Below, piece by piece: positions 12,375 through 27,500 of a stretch of DNA of 64,000 bases (positions are counted from its first letter, which is position 1; each line of letters starts with the position of its first letter). Source of the DNA: Phoronis australis (lineage: Eukaryota; Animalia; Phoronida); assembly GCA_002633005.1 (NCBI GenBank), contig NMRA01000016.1:652443-716442 (forward strand). The letters are read 5' to 3'. A program made the translations under genes and the position numbers. The notes below the pieces were generated by a model, which did no database searches, was not told the DNA's origin, and was given only the letters and a program-made list of their open reading frames with translations.

Positions 12375-15129
12375 CCGAATTATCATCATACGGAGTAATG
12401 TAACCACAACGTAACATCGAGATTGACGAACGTTATATCAAACGAGCTTGGGTTTTTACGCATTTATTCGATGCATTTTGAATCTCATTTTCTATTTTAT
12501 ATTCTTCTGTGATGGTTGCTTTTTCGTGCTTGGAACACTAAAAAAGCACGTTGTTGTGGACCGGTGGTTTCAATTCTCAGTTATGCACGCAAATAAATGT
12601 TATTTTCCGTCATGTTATTTACGAGCCGGCAACCAACCCACAATGCATTTGCACAACGTCAGCAGAGCCGTAAATGAAAAGCCTTGACTTGCCGCTAGGT
12701 AAGGCAAAAGCTACTAAATTGAATTGAAAGCAACAATTACCTAAACTATTAAATGCTCATTCCTATTGTTCACATATATGCTCGGACAACTTTGCACGTG
12801 CGCGTGTGAGCTGCACTACAAGCACTTAAATCACTTTTTTCGCAGTTCTCAAATTTTCACTACCCAGCGACAAAATGGCAGACAAAACTGGGTAATGACA
12901 TGGAACTTCTAAACGACTGGCTCACAGAGCTGTGTGCTCCACATACAGTCAGTGTTCAATGACAACTAAATGTTCTAAACTGCTAAATACGAAATGAAGT
13001 AGCATTGAATACTAAAACATTTTTCATGAATGTGGCTCTTTAGCTAAACCTACGTCACTTTAATTTTCTCAATAAAATGAATAACAGATGATATATCTCA
13101 TAAGAGATACACACGTATATCAGTTGTCAGATGTCTCTATTGCAACGGATGTATAATTTATAAACAAATAGAAACTGCATAAAAAATTAATGAACTATTC
13201 GTCAGCCGCTATTCGGTTACACAGAAGCACCGAGAATAATGCTCTTCTAGCGCACGGTGATTACTTTTGTTGTCATTGTCTCCGAGGCATTCCACCGTGA
13301 GCCAACGTCCGTTGAACTAACAGACATATAATCCAACAACACGGGATTCTTTTTCAATCTAATAATGTGCTTTCTTTTCTACCATACTTTCCTCAAAGCG
13401 GATGATTTGTCAATGCCCTGGTAATATCTCTGTCGCTCTATTATGTTTACGGTAACCACAACAAAAAGAGCTGTCTTGCGTAAGGTGTTTCTGTAGACTT
13501 GTTCATCGGCGTAATACCTTTTACCGTTGCCACAACACCGTTGCATTGAATACGAGACAATCCTTGGAATCTTTGTTGAGCACTTTGGGTTACAATGCCG
13601 CGTCATAATGCTTTTCGCTTGCACTGACCGACGTGAATAACGTCTATTTAACCTAGTTCACTTCATTCTCGTGGTGGACAGAGATAAATAATAAAGGTTT
13701 GTTTTTGAAATCCAAGGCCGGCCTTCACGGAAAACGTGCGTCTTATTCGTTATGCGCGAGAAGGAATGTCCATAGGCAAAATTTAATTGATATGCCGTAG
13801 TATTTCCACTTCAAGCCGATTTATTTCATGCACTCTCCCGATCAATATGTAGAAGACTCCTGGCTAAACATTTTAAATATTCACCAGTTTAGAACATGGT
13901 GTACATTTAAATGATTAGGAAACCTGGATCAAAACATACCTCCCCGTTCATGCCCGTATCCAGCAAGTGTCAAAGAGAGGTACGGAGCCAAATGAAGGGA
14001 ACCAAACCCGAAATGCAGGAATTTACACAATGTCGATGAAAACTATTAACCTCGTCGCATGAAAAATATCTACTTCACGAGACGTTAGGATGTGTTTTCA
14101 TTATGCTTCGGCCAAAACGATCCATCACTAGAAATAAACAAACAATATCCAATTCTTTTGTAGATGTGGATAGTGACAGTGTTCAAAGTAGTTGTGCTGG
14201 GTCTTGGCTCTCATTTTAACTGACAGACTGCTCTTAAAGCTATATATACATGTACGTGGAATGTTGTCGACGAAATTGACAGTCGGGTAACACAGGTCCG
14301 AAAGCTTAGATTATTGAATTTGCCATTTATGAGTTACCCCGTGACAAAATCTAAGGAAACCGAAATAAAATGACGCCAAACTAATCACTTAGATAATTGT
14401 CATCAGAGCTGCACAGCAAAGTCAGTTGAAAAAATGGTAGACGCCATTTAACAAATGAAAACATCGTTGGCTACAAAATACCACGTGTTAGTACTTTTCT
14501 CAAAATATCAGGCACCTAAAGTTCTTAAAGTTTAGATCAAGCCCTAAAAAATTGCCAAATTTGAGTAGCTTCGGAAATGGCCCATCGAATTCAAAATAAC
14601 TTTCATATATTATTTTGTTTCGTGCAGTTTTCTGAGGAATTGTTTTCAAACTGTTTCATTTTTGCATGAAAAAAGATAGACATTGGATAATACAAAAAAC
14701 GATAGTTTCGAAAACCGTAACATGATTTTTGAGACTTAAGTTATCTTGAACATCTCATAGAAGATGTGTGATTTTCTTTTTGCTAAATTTTACTAAAAAT
14801 CCACGGTGATTTGTTCCAATTAACGACACAGTGATATAAAGAATGTAAGAACGATTTTGAGGATTTTGTTATTGTTTTAGACTAGCGAGAGTTGGTTTTA
14901 GCAAATGAATTCCTCCCGATTCTGTACAGCCTACTTTCTGCTAGGCGTTGGTGACAACGGCAATGGAGGTGCACGCTCAGAACTGCATGAAACTGTCTCG
15001 ACATCTTGAGACTCGAATTTCGCCTTCTTAAAAAATCGAAAGGTTTATAGTTTTGCGGTTCTTTTGCATTCACGTTCTCAGCGTTCAGGGAGACCAAACT
15101 GTAGAAATGTTATGTACCTTCTATGTTCG

Positions 15130-15620
15130 TGCATTTACAAAGCGCGTGCCCAGGCTTCATATAACACGCATGCCCACAGAAATGAGCAGTTACCATCGCA
15201 CGCACCTTCTTTATAATCTAAGTTGGCAACAGTGTATTGTGGGCAGGTGGTTACATTTAATTAACAGATATTACAATAGTCGTCTTCATTAAGAATGTAC
15301 GCTGTAAGCAGTATGCTGTAAGCTTTATTAATTTAAATTTGAATACATACTTAGTTCTTCAGTCGTATCCAAGCGTTTACGTTTTTAAAGTTTAGACCAC
15401 CCATCTATGGCTATTTAGGGCTTCTGAGTCCATGCATTTACAACGCGCGTGCCCAGTTTTCATGTAACACGCGTTTCCACGGAAATGGGCCTTTCCAATG
15501 GCAAGCGCCTTCCTTACAGGTGATTACAGTTAATAACCGATATTACAATTGTACCTCTCATTAAGACCTTACAGCAGTATGCTGTAAGCTTTATTAATCT
15601 AACTTTGAAGACCTACTTTA
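15130..15620. repeat. Diverged local direct duplication (about 15130-15355 and 15433-15620)
   Basis: Shared blocks tgcatttacaa.gcgcgtgcccag and gcagtatgctgtaagctttattaat, about 300 bp apart. Confidence 0.8.
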
Positions 15621-16548
15621 ATTGTAGTTCGTCACTCCTAGTCGGGCTCTCGGGCTCTCAACGTTCGACCCCGGCATACAGCTACACTGCACCTGCTAAT
15701 CGGACTGAAGACAGAAACGATCCCTTTCTTTGTAAGTTGACCTGACGACAAAGTTGGTTAAGTACTAAAATCACAGGTTTGCCCGGTTTGCTTTTAGATG
15801 AAAACCTTTCTCGAGTACTTTAAGGACACATTTCACTGATTTTCAGCGAAAAGTATTTTTTGGTGAGACCTTTACGGAACCAACTGAATAAGTACAGGCA
15901 ATAAAACCTAAGTTCGGTTTGCTAACACGGGCCCAAAATCCCGGTGGGTGTTTCTTCGCACCCGTCGCACCTTCCGGGTACGGTCATGCCGTTCCAGGTA
16001 CACAAATTCACAGTAATTCAAGACATGAACTGACACGAAAATATCGACTATTCAAATCAATTGAGTGACGTCATTGCCTGAATTAGTTAATTGTTTCACA
16101 CATAATTTCAATTTTGTTAAAGCGACCAAGGAGAAAAGCCTTTCCAGTGAGATCTGCCCCGCAATTTTCAGCCGCTCCAAGTCCTAAAGAGAATTTCTAC
16201 GTATGGCTTTTCAACATATCCAGCGCTTATTGAACCACACATTCTGGTGAAGATTTTCACAAATTTCAACGTCGTTATTAAATGGTTGGGTATTGTCGCA
16301 TTGGCTCACTGTAAGTGAGTAAAAATATGATGGAAAGTGACAAAGTGTATTTCAATAACACATATTCTTCAATCCATTTTTGTCGCCGGGCTTGGTCATG
16401 GTAAAAGTTTCAGGAACCGTGACTCGCACCATGGTATTTGTGCTGTTTAGATATAATTAACTGCGTTCGGATGATGTAATTTTTCAAAAATTCGTTTGCT
16501 TTTTTATAATTACACACATACGATTAACTAGACGAGGGCGCAAACTAA

Positions 16549-16614
16549 CACACACACACACACACGCACACGCACACGCACACGCACACGCACACACACA
16601 CACACACACACACA
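16549..16614. repeat. Compound (CA)n/(CACACG)n microsatellite
   Basis: Directly visible. Confidence 0.97.
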
Positions 16615-17131
16615 TAACGTTTTTTGTTTGACTTTCGGCAACCTTGGCAATGCTGTCACAATCCAGCAGCTTCCGTGTGATTTGATATTTCCGAAAGCTA
16701 CCGCACTAAACGAAATCCAGCATATTCTTGATACAGAAATGGAAGATTGTGAATTAACGCGCTGTACACGTCCAGACAGTTTCATGTGCACTTGTAGAAG
16801 GACACGCGCATTGAGCGGCAGAGAACACGGTAAACAAACAAACCGACTTTTACATTGCATTGTCAAATAAATCAAGATTTCTCACAGGAAGCAAGTAAAT
16901 AGCGAAAACTACTCTTGACTACCACGCGTGTTATATAACAAATTTGTATAGAATAGCTCGTGAATTGAAAATGAGTTCAACTCCCATCGTTGTCCAAGTT
17001 AATGCTGACGGACTAATCAATAGAATAGCGAAGCCTATCAACAAAAGGGCTAACAAACCTAGTCATTCCTTCACTTGCGGATAGGCTAGCCGTGTTGCAC
17101 GGACGCAAGGACTGCGGTGCAATTCAAGTCA

Positions 17132-18527
17132 ATGGCGAAACAGATTGTAATTTTGATAGTGATTTTATTTTTATCCTGTGATACAGCATCTCAGAAGGTG
17201 AACGAAACATCTCAACAATGCGACTTAACCTTAGATAGGGGTCCGGGGACTGATATCCTACAATGCGTTAACGGAAAATGGAACGCAAATGCGACGAAAG
17301 CAACTTTGAAATACAGCAACGGGGTCCTGCACATTGGACATCACCATTGGTCGCAAGAATGGGGTAACCTGTTTAGGAAAAATCACACGTGGTACGTGCG
17401 CGCAGGCTGTGAGGAGCACCCGTGGCATAAATTCTTTGCGCATCACAAGTTTAACGCGACTTCCAGACGGTTTGAGAAGGGAAACTTCTCCGTTGATGAC
17501 ACATGGATACCATGCGTGAATAATTCACTGAATAGAATAAGACCGGAAGGGTGTATCGACGACCACGAGCTCATTAGGATGAAGAATGCGAGTCAGTTCA
17601 AGTTAAACTGTGATGCCAATAGCACACGCTGGACGCTTATGGACCAACGACTGTCTCACATAGTGGAGAAGTGGAGGCGACTTGACCGTGACGTGGACGT
17701 GTTTGAGAAACTGCGTATGGCACCAGAGTATGATGGCAAATGTAACGCGTCATCGTTTGCGGGGAAAGAGACAGAGAAAGCACTCGAACAGGTAAAAAAA
17801 TTCATGATGGCATTGGAGAGCAAAAGGCGCGATTTAACATGTCGTGACTGGGGAAATATCAACAAAAACAACAACGACAACGGCTGCGTCGACTTCGATC
17901 AACTGGCTCGAGAATTTAACAGAAGCAAAACCTCTGGTGTTCCTATGAATCTGTGTTACTGTAAAACATTTTCAAAGATCCTGCAGCAAACTAATATGAC
18001 CAACCAGACACGTGCGGCAAACGAGAGTTGTGAGGCTTATACGAGTCGAGTGACTCGGGTTGTTCTGAATTTCGACAACAAGATGAGACAGAAATTTTCC
18101 TGTCCTGGACCGAAGTGCATCGACTTACGTAACCTTCGCAGACGCATTGATGGAGAAATGAAAGTAAACGACGCTTGTCGCATGTGCCACACGGTTAAGA
18201 ATATCGCTAAAAAGATCATGGAAGGACTCGAGAGAAACCCACACAGAACGGGCAACTCGAACTGTTCTGCAATCGACCCAAAAGAATTAAAATGGGCTCC
18301 CAATGAAACGTGCTCAGATTTCACTAACAGAACGCTGAGAGCTCTTGGATCGCTGGAGAGATGTCAACCATGTGAAAGGCCGTTTACTTGTTGGCAGTAT
18401 AATAAAAACAAAACAGGTAAATTCGAGAAAGCCATACAAGTTTTGAGCGATTCATTAAAAAATTTGAAAACACTGACGTGCTTAAAGAGTAAAAATGTGA
18501 TGAAGTGTAGAATGCTGTCACGTCAAG
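17132..18527 (+). CDS. Gene B coding exon 1: signal peptide plus Cys-rich, N-glycosylated head (donor either 18416|GT or 18527|GC)
   Basis: Long ORF; hydrophobic N-terminus; many NxS/T sequons; both candidate donors are phase 1, matching the acceptor at 18663. Confidence 0.82.
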
Positions 18528-21500
18528 GCAGTTCGCTTAGCCTCCGAACAGCTTTTGGTTGATTTGAACACTAAAATCATGAGGTAATGTGTATAAAAAC
18601 ATATTTCGTTTCTCATACTTAGATAGCTCAAATGTACTACTCATACTTTTATTAAATAACAGATGCAGTTTGCAAAGTATCACGTCACAAGAGCCCCGTC
18701 ATGAAGTGTGAGAATGGCACGTGGACCGCCAACGGCGAACGGTTGGGCAGCGCCGTCGATAAGATGGTGGACGTGATTCGGTGTGAAGGGGACGTGAGGG
18801 ACGCCGTACGCGTGCTACGTAACATGACGTCATGCAGAGGGAACATGAGCGAGGACGGAGTGCGCCGGATCCAAGAAAACATGAAACGCCTCAGTGATGT
18901 CGTTCGTTCTCGCATTTCGGATAGCTTGTGTTCTGAAGAAGGTAAGAGCGCCCGGCAATAATTTTCTCAGCAAGCGTCCGTTTCCTTAAAAAGATTTTTT
19001 GGCACATTCAGTTTTTCCTTAAATATTTTTCAAGTTCCGATTAACACGTAGTTTTCTTTTAGCCCGCATCTCACTCGCTGGTCTGCGGCCATTTGCAACA
19101 AATTGCAAGCGACTCGTTTGTGAGACTTGGTGTTCTCTCTGGTGGCAACGATTACAGTAGATTTTTAGTACATGTTAATTTTTGCTGAATTGAACTGTCA
19201 CAAAGTTGTTTCAGGTGACTGAAACACGCGTCAAACACTTTTAACTTACAAGATTCAGAATCAATAAGAAAACTTTGTGAGGGTACAGCTCCCAATGAAA
19301 ACAGATTGTAACTGATCAGAGATAAAACGAGTCAATCTGTCGGCAGTCGTATGTTTGAATTCTTGACAATTTTTCGTACAAAACTCTCGCAAATTCTACG
19401 ACATTTGCACGACAGTCTGAAAGAGCCCAAGTGAAGGATGGCGCTAAATCAAGTGTTAACTCTCGCATTTGTATCTGCAGTCATATTTGCGAACTTTTCG
19501 ACTCTGGTGAGAAATCTAGCTTTATTTGTGCAAGTGTTTGAAGCTTGTAAACTTGTCTACTCGTTGACTTAAACGAATGGCATGATACGCGAACCAAAAA
19601 AAAAATGATAAAGTGATACGAACTTGCAAAAATTCTTCAATTTGACATGAGGCTATCAATACCAAGCTCCTAGCCGTCTTTAAAATATCACTGGAACACC
19701 TTCTGATTTTATACCATCGTTTTTCGCTGTGTTATGTTCCCAAAGACTGGTTTGGCTGTTGAAAACACCAGACCAACAATGTGCAATTACTATTAAATGA
19801 CTAAGTTGAAAGTCTTCGATTGTATTAGTGTACTGCCCAGCATACTTCGTGAAACCGAACAAAATAACTGGGTTGCAAAGCTTTTTATTTCGAAAACGTT
19901 AAATTGCAAAATCGATCTACAAGTACGTCTGATTAAAGTTTCAGGTCTAAACGCCAGCTCCACAGCGTTTTTCAACTAGAAAGATGAGCAAAGTTGGGCT
20001 GTTAATTTAAAAAAAAATCAATTGCACTATTGAATGCAATCTCAACAAACTGAACTGGAATCGGAAAAGCACATTGCTGCTTGCTGAATATGTTTTCATT
20101 TTATTAGTTTAGGGCTCCGCAAACACAATTCTATAGACAGGTTCAATAGGCAAAGCAAACAAGTTTGGTTCCAGCTAGCAACAAGAAAGCCACAGAATTC
20201 TCTTCATGACAACGAATATAACAATTACACAATCATTGCTGCAAAAGTTACAGCCTTCGTGTTGCAATAACTACCAACGTGCATATACCGAGCAGTGCTG
20301 TAGTGGAGCGTATGCGAACGTAGGCGCAGCCAACCACCTTTTGGCATTTGAACGTAAAGCCTACGCATCGTAAGTTACCACTACAGCACTGATACCGAGT
20401 CGAAATGGATTTAAAACGCGAGTGAAGGCCGCTCAAGTGTGATGATTGACCGCCCTTCCGGTTAGTAGGCTCTTTGTAAAGCGAATTGAATAGCCACTTT
20501 AAAGACATGTGAAATTCTGTTGGTTTGACACCTTATACACTCTGGTGTGTGCAAATGAATGTGAATCCATGCACGCTATTTAAGTTAAGGAGTCACTTAA
20601 CTTCGAAAGAGACCAAAGTTCAGAGTCCATAGGGAAAACTGTTGCGGAATATGAAAAGGATCAAAACAAAACATGTCGTTCAATTGAGAATGTATTTCAC
20701 ATCCACCACAAACCCTTGCCAATGGACATCCCGTTTGACACTAACACTTGTCATTCCATTCCATTTTCTAACATTCATAAAGTTGTTTTGTTTGTTAAGT
20801 TTTTATAATCTAGAAAATGTCTCTCGGTTGTGTTGTTAACATTTATATAATTTTAAATCATGTTAGGTAAACAAAGACTATTCCCTCCACCATCAGCAGA
20901 CTATATTCCATTTTGAAAACACAAAAGTGAAGCATATTGACTAAATTTTGATGAAATCTTGAATTCATTAACGAAACTACTCTTTATTCGGGACCTAATC
21001 CTTTTATTCGAACTCGTTATTAGTTTAACATTTTCCATTGTACTTCAGTACGAACTTAGGGTATAAAAGTGTCTAGTATTCTGTACTCCAGTATGTAATG
21101 TTTGGCGACTTATACCCACTGCTTTAGAAGCAAAGCAAAGTTTATTTATTTTTGGTATCATTGCGCACCGATTCGAGCCCTATCGTGCTTTAAAAATATA
21201 ACGCATGATAAGCATCGTCTCCAGTCGGAAAACGTTCTTACTACCGGAAATATATGATAACCTCGCCAGTGCTGAATTTCGCGTGAATGGCATGTTTTGA
21301 CAAATGAAACCATTTTCTTCCACATCTTGTATCGCAAACACTTCTGAGAAAAATAAAACACGCTGCATTCGTTTTCCAAGTGAAAATTACTATTTACAGC
21401 AAGGTCCGTTGGAATTTCCAAAAAATGACGGCTGACGGTTCATTGCGAACGGTTGTCGAGCGGTACTGTCAATTTTCATATGAAAGCGAGATCAATTTTA

Positions 21501-24500
21501 CATTTCAGTCAAACCAAGGTTTCAGACCAACAAATCCGATATGAATTCAGAATTCGTATCAAACGTAATTATGGGCACCTTATTTGCTCACATCATTCTT
21601 TTAGATTTGGGACCAAGAAAACCATTGCAAGCTTGTCTTGACTTTGACATGTTACTCGAAGACGGTAAGTTTAAACCAGAGCATGTGAACGCCTCCTGCG
21701 ACCTGTTACGAGGACAGTTCAAACAACTGAAAGACAATACACGTAAAGAGGACCTACTTAACGACACCAGATTAGCTGATATCGGACGCCAACTGAACTC
21801 CTCTTGTGACCTCAGTATGGTTAATGAAACCCGTCACAAACTCCTGAAACTTCGAGGGGCTATGCTGGGTAAAATCAAGGTAATGCAATGTGTAAAAGGT
21901 CCACAGTTTTGCGTCGATAAGGAGTTCTTCGGAAACGCCACCGATGAAATGAAAGTGAAAAACATTACTGTAAGAGTGCGCAAGTTGTGTGAAGAAAGAC
22001 TAAAATCAGGATTCAACTTCTCATGCAAACATGGAAACACAAGCCGAGAAATGAAAGACTGGGTAAAGAAGTTTCTAGAAAAGTCTCGAACTGAAGGTCG
22101 GGATCTGTATTGTGATGGGAGTCGAGGTGAGTGTTACACAATTTGAAATCGCTGAGATGATCACAAAGTAAATGATAAATTAACTAACATTTCAGCACGC
22201 GTTCTATCCTATGAGAAATGAAGTTTTCCAATGTTTGCAGTCACTGCTGTGGTGTTTAAAAATTCGTGAAGTATTACCAGGCTAGAAGTTAAGCTGACAA
22301 ATTGCTAAGGGAGAGTTATCTGTATCAAAGCATTTCAGACGCAGTGGATGTAAAGCCTGTTGAATCAATTCAGATTGATGTAACACTTGAAAGGATTTCA
22401 TGTTATCATGTACTGTGACGCATAATATATCCGAAATGATGCGTTTTTTTAAAAAAACATTCAAGTGTTTGCATATAGACACATATGCCTAACCGACACG
22501 TTTAGGCACATCCGAGTAAGCCTATCACATGCACACAAATGTGCTTCTTTGTGACTCTTTGGCTTTTTGTACAGGTAAAAACAGCCAATCTGAGACTCGA
22601 ATTTATGAACCGCGAAGTGAGGTATCTGACAGTGCTTTTTAGTCAAGGTTTTAAAAACAGTTGCAGTCATGTGCAAAGGACTTAGGCAAACATATTTTTG
22701 GGAATATGCAAAATTCTGGATATAAGCCCTTGACGTGTCCAAACATGCACACAGGTGTCATACGTTAAAGGCAAGTTTCGTGCAAGCACACATACTATTT
22801 CACTGAAACGGTATTTTTCATCACTTGGAAAAAACCAACTTAAGTAGTTTTTAAACCTAAAATGTCCAATATTCCGTTTCCTTCAGGTCACGGTCCGGAA
22901 CATTCAAAAGATGCCTGTCTTCACTTTGATGTGCTAATGCAAAACGACAAGTTTAAACCGGAACATGTTAACACGTCATGCAGTCTGCTACGAGAACAGT
23001 TTAAACTACTGAAAGACAAAACACGTAAAGAGGACCTACTCAACGACACCAGATTAGCTGATATCGGACGCCAACTGAACTCTTCTTGTGATCTTCATAT
23101 GGTTAATGAAACCCGTCACAAACTCCTGAAACTTCGAGGTGCTATGCTGGGTAAAATCAAGGTACTGCAATGTGTAAAAGGTCCACAGTTTTGCGTCGAT
23201 AAGGAGTTCTTCGGAAACGCCACCGATGAAATGAAAGTGAAAAACATTACCGTGAGAGTGCACAAGCTGTGTGAAGACAGAGTAAAATCCGGATTCAACT
23301 TCTCGTGCAAACATGGAAACACAAGCCGAGAAATGAAAGACTGGGTAAAGAAGTTTCTAGAAAAGTCTCGAAGTGAAGGTCGGGATCTATACTGTAATGG
23401 AAGTCGAGGTGAGTGTTACATAATTTAAAATCATTGAGATAATTATAGTAATGTAAAAAAGGCCAGTTTAGACTCATTTGTATACACCGGGAAGTGAGGT
23501 ACCTGACTGCGCTTTTCAGTTACGCTTTTCAAAGAGGTTGTANATGACTCGTGAAACCGAACAAAATAACTGGGTTGCAAAGCTTTTTATTTCGAAAACG
23601 TTAAATTGCAAAATCGATCTACAAGTACGTCTGATTAAAGTTTTAGGTCTAAACGCCAGCGCCACAGCGTTTTTCAACTAGAAAGATGAGCAAAGTTGGA
23701 CTCTTAAATTAAAAAAAAATCAATTGCACTATTGAATGCAAACTCAACAAACTGAAATGGAATCGGAAAGGCACTGTGCTGCTTGCTGATCGCTGAATAT
23801 GTTTTCATTTTATTAGTTTAGGGCTCCGCAAACACAATTCTATAGACAGGTTCAATAGGCAAAGCAAATACGTTTGGTTCCAGCTACTGTAGCAACAGGA
23901 AAGCCACAGAATTCTCTTCATGTCAACGAATATAACAATTACTCAATCATTGCTGCAAAAGTTACAGCCTTCGTGTTGCAATCACTACCAACGTGCATAT
24001 ACCGAGCAGTGCTGTAGTGGAGCGTATGCGAACGTAGGCGCAGCCAACCACCTTTTGGCAATTGAACGTAGCGCCTACGCATCGTAAGTTACCACTACAG
24101 CACTGATACCGAGTCGAAATGGATTTAAAACGCGAGTGAAGGCCGCTCAAGTGTGATGATTGACCGCCTTTCCGGTTAGTAGGCTCTTTGTAAAGCGAAT
24201 TGAATGGCCACTTTAAAGAAATGTGAAATTCTGTTTGTTTGACACCTTATACACTCTGGTGTGGGCAAATGAATGTGAATCCATGCACGCTATTTAAGTT
24301 CAGGAGTCCATAGGGAAAACTGTTGCGGAATATGAAAAGGATCAAAACAAAACATGTCGCTCAATTGAGCATATATTTCACATCCACCACAAACCCTTGC
24401 CAATGGACATCCCGTTTGACACTAGCACTTGTCATTCCAGTCCATTTTCTAACATTCATGAAGTTGTTTTGTTTGTTAAGTTTTTATAATCTAGAGAATG

Positions 24501-27500
24501 TTTCTCGATTGTGTTATTAACATTTTTATAATTTTAAATCATGTTAGGTAAACAAAGACTATCCTCTCCACCACCAGCAGACTAGATTCCATTTTGAAAA
24601 CACAAAAGTGAAGCATGTTGACTAAATTTTGATGAAATCTTGAATTCATTAACGAAACTACTCTTTATTCGGGACCTAATCCTTTTATTCGAACTCGTTA
24701 TTAGTTTGACATTTTCCATTGTACTTCAATACGAACTTAGCGTATAAAAGTGTCTATTATTCTGTACTCGAATATGTAATGTTTGGCGACTTATATCCAC
24801 TGCTTTAGAAGCAAAGCAAAGTTTATTTATTTTTGGTATCATTGCGCCCCGATTCGAGCCCCATCGTGCTTTAAAAATATAATGCATGATAAGCAACGTC
24901 TCAGAAAACGTTCTTACTACTATATGATAACCTCGCCAGTGCTGAATTTCACTTGATTGGCATGTTTTGAAAAATGAAACCATTTTCTTCCACATCTTGT
25001 ATCAAAATACTTCTGAGAAGAATAAAACACGCTGCATTCGTTTTCCAAGTGAAAATTACTATTTAGAGCAAGGTCCGTTGCAATTTCCAAAAAATGACGG
25101 CTGACGGTTCATTGCGAACGGTTGTCGAGCGGTACTGTTAATTTTCATATGAAAGCGAGATCAATTTTACATTTCAGTCAAACCAAGGTTTCAGACAAAC
25201 AAATCCGATATGAAATCAGGATTCTTATCAAACGTTATTATGGGCACCTTATTTGCTCAAAAGTATCTCACGTGCACAATGATGGAATTAGGCACTCTCT
25301 GCGTTTACATTATATTGACTAAATCAAAACTGGAGTCTTTACAGATGACGCATACCTACATATGAACATCAAGCACTATATATTGCAATCTACTTGGAAC
25401 TATGATCGTTTATGATTAGAAAAAGCGATACTGTGTTGAAACAGATTAGCAAATGTTTTAACGGAAAATTATCGGCTACAGAAACTCAGTGTACCTGCTT
25501 ACCTGTTTTTAGAACGGATTGAGTTAGAGCCTTGTGTAAGAGACTACTCCGCAATAAAAGCGCCCGTTTTGGGGAAAATGTGTAAATGTGATGGTTAATA
25601 ACACAAATAAATTGTATCACATCATACTTTTAGATTTGGGACCAAGAAAATCATTGCAAGCTTGTCTTGACTTTGACATGTTACTCGAAGACGGTAAGTT
25701 TAAACCAGAGCATGTGAACGCCTCCTGCGACCTGTTACGAGGACAGTTCAAACAACTGAAAGACAAAATACGTAAAGAGGACCTACTCAACGACACCAGA
25801 TTAGCTGATATCGGACGCCAACTGAACTCTTCTTGTGATCTCCATATGGTTAATGAAACCCGTCACAAACTCCTGAAACTTCGAGGGGCTATGCTGGGTA
25901 AAATCAAGGTACTGCAATGTGTAAAAGGTCCACAGTTTTGCGTAGATAAGGAGTTCTTCGGAAACGCCACCGATGAAATGAAAGTGAAAAACATTACTGT
26001 AAGAGTGCACAAATTGTGTGAAGAAAGAGTAAAATCAGGATTCAACTTCTCATGCAAACACGGAAACACAAGCCGAGAAATGAAAGACTGGATAAAGAAG
26101 TTTCTAGAAAAGTCTCGAACTGAAGGTCGGGATCTGTATTGTAATGTGGGTCGAGGTGAGTGCTACACAATTTGAAATCGCTGAGATGATCACAAAATAA
26201 ATGATAAATTAACTAATATTTCAGCACGCGTTCTATCCTATTAGAAATGAAGTTTTCCAATGTTTGCAGTCACTGCTGTGCTGTTTAAAAATTCGTGAAC
26301 TATTACCAGGCTAGAAGTTAAGCTAACAAATTGCTAAGGGAGAGTTATCTGTATCAAAGTATTTCAGACGCAGTGGAGGTACAACCTGTTGAATCATATC
26401 AGATTCATGTAACACTTGAAAGGATTTCATGTTATCATGTACGGTGGCGCATAATATATCCGAAATGATGCGTTTTTTCAAAAAAATATTCAAGTGTTTT
26501 CATATTGACACATGTGCCTAACCGACACGTTTAGGCACATCCGAGTAAGCCTATCGTATGCACACGAATGTGCTTCTTTGTGACTCTTTGGCTTTTTGTA
26601 CAGGTAAAAAGAGCCAATTTGAGACTCGAGTTTATAAACCGCGAAGTGAGGTACCTGACAGTGCTTTTCAGTCAAGCTCTTAAAAACAGTTGCAGTCATG
26701 TGCAAAGGGCTTAGGCAAACATATTTTTGGGAATACAGTGTATGCAAAATTCTGGATATAAGCCCGTGACGGGTCCAAATATGCACACAGGTGGCATACG
26801 TTAAAGGCAAGTTTCGTGCAAGCACACATAATATTTCACCGAAACGGTATTTTTCATCACTTGGAAAAAACAAAATCATGTAGTTTTTAAACCTAAAATG
26901 TCCAATATTCCGTTTCCTTCAGGTCACGGTCCGGAGCATTCAAAAGATGCCTGTCTTCACTTTGATGTTCTAATGCAAAACGACAAGTTTAAACCGGAAC
27001 ATGTCAACACGTCATGCACTCTGCTACGAGAACAGTTTAAACTACTGAAAGACAAAACACGTAAAGAGGACCTACTCAACGACACCAGATTAGCTGATAT
27101 CGGACGCCAACTGAACTCTTCTTGTGATCTCCATATGGTTAATGAAACCCGTCACAAACTCCTGAAACTTCGAGGGGCTATGCTGGGTAAAATCAAAGTA
27201 CTGCAATGTGTAAGAGGTCCACAATTTTGCGTAGATAAGGAGTTCTTCGGAAACACGACCGATGAAATGAAAGTGAAAAACATTACCGTGAGAGTGCACA
27301 AGCTGTGTGAAGAAAGAGTAAAATCAGGATTCAACTTCTCATGCAAACATGGAAACACAAGCCGAGAAATGAAAGACTGGGTAAAGAAGTTTCTAGAAAA
27401 GTCTCGAAGTGAAGGTCGGGATCTATACTGTAATGGGAGTCGAGGTGAGTGTTACATAATTTGAAATCATTGAGATAATCATAGTAATGTAAAAACGGCC

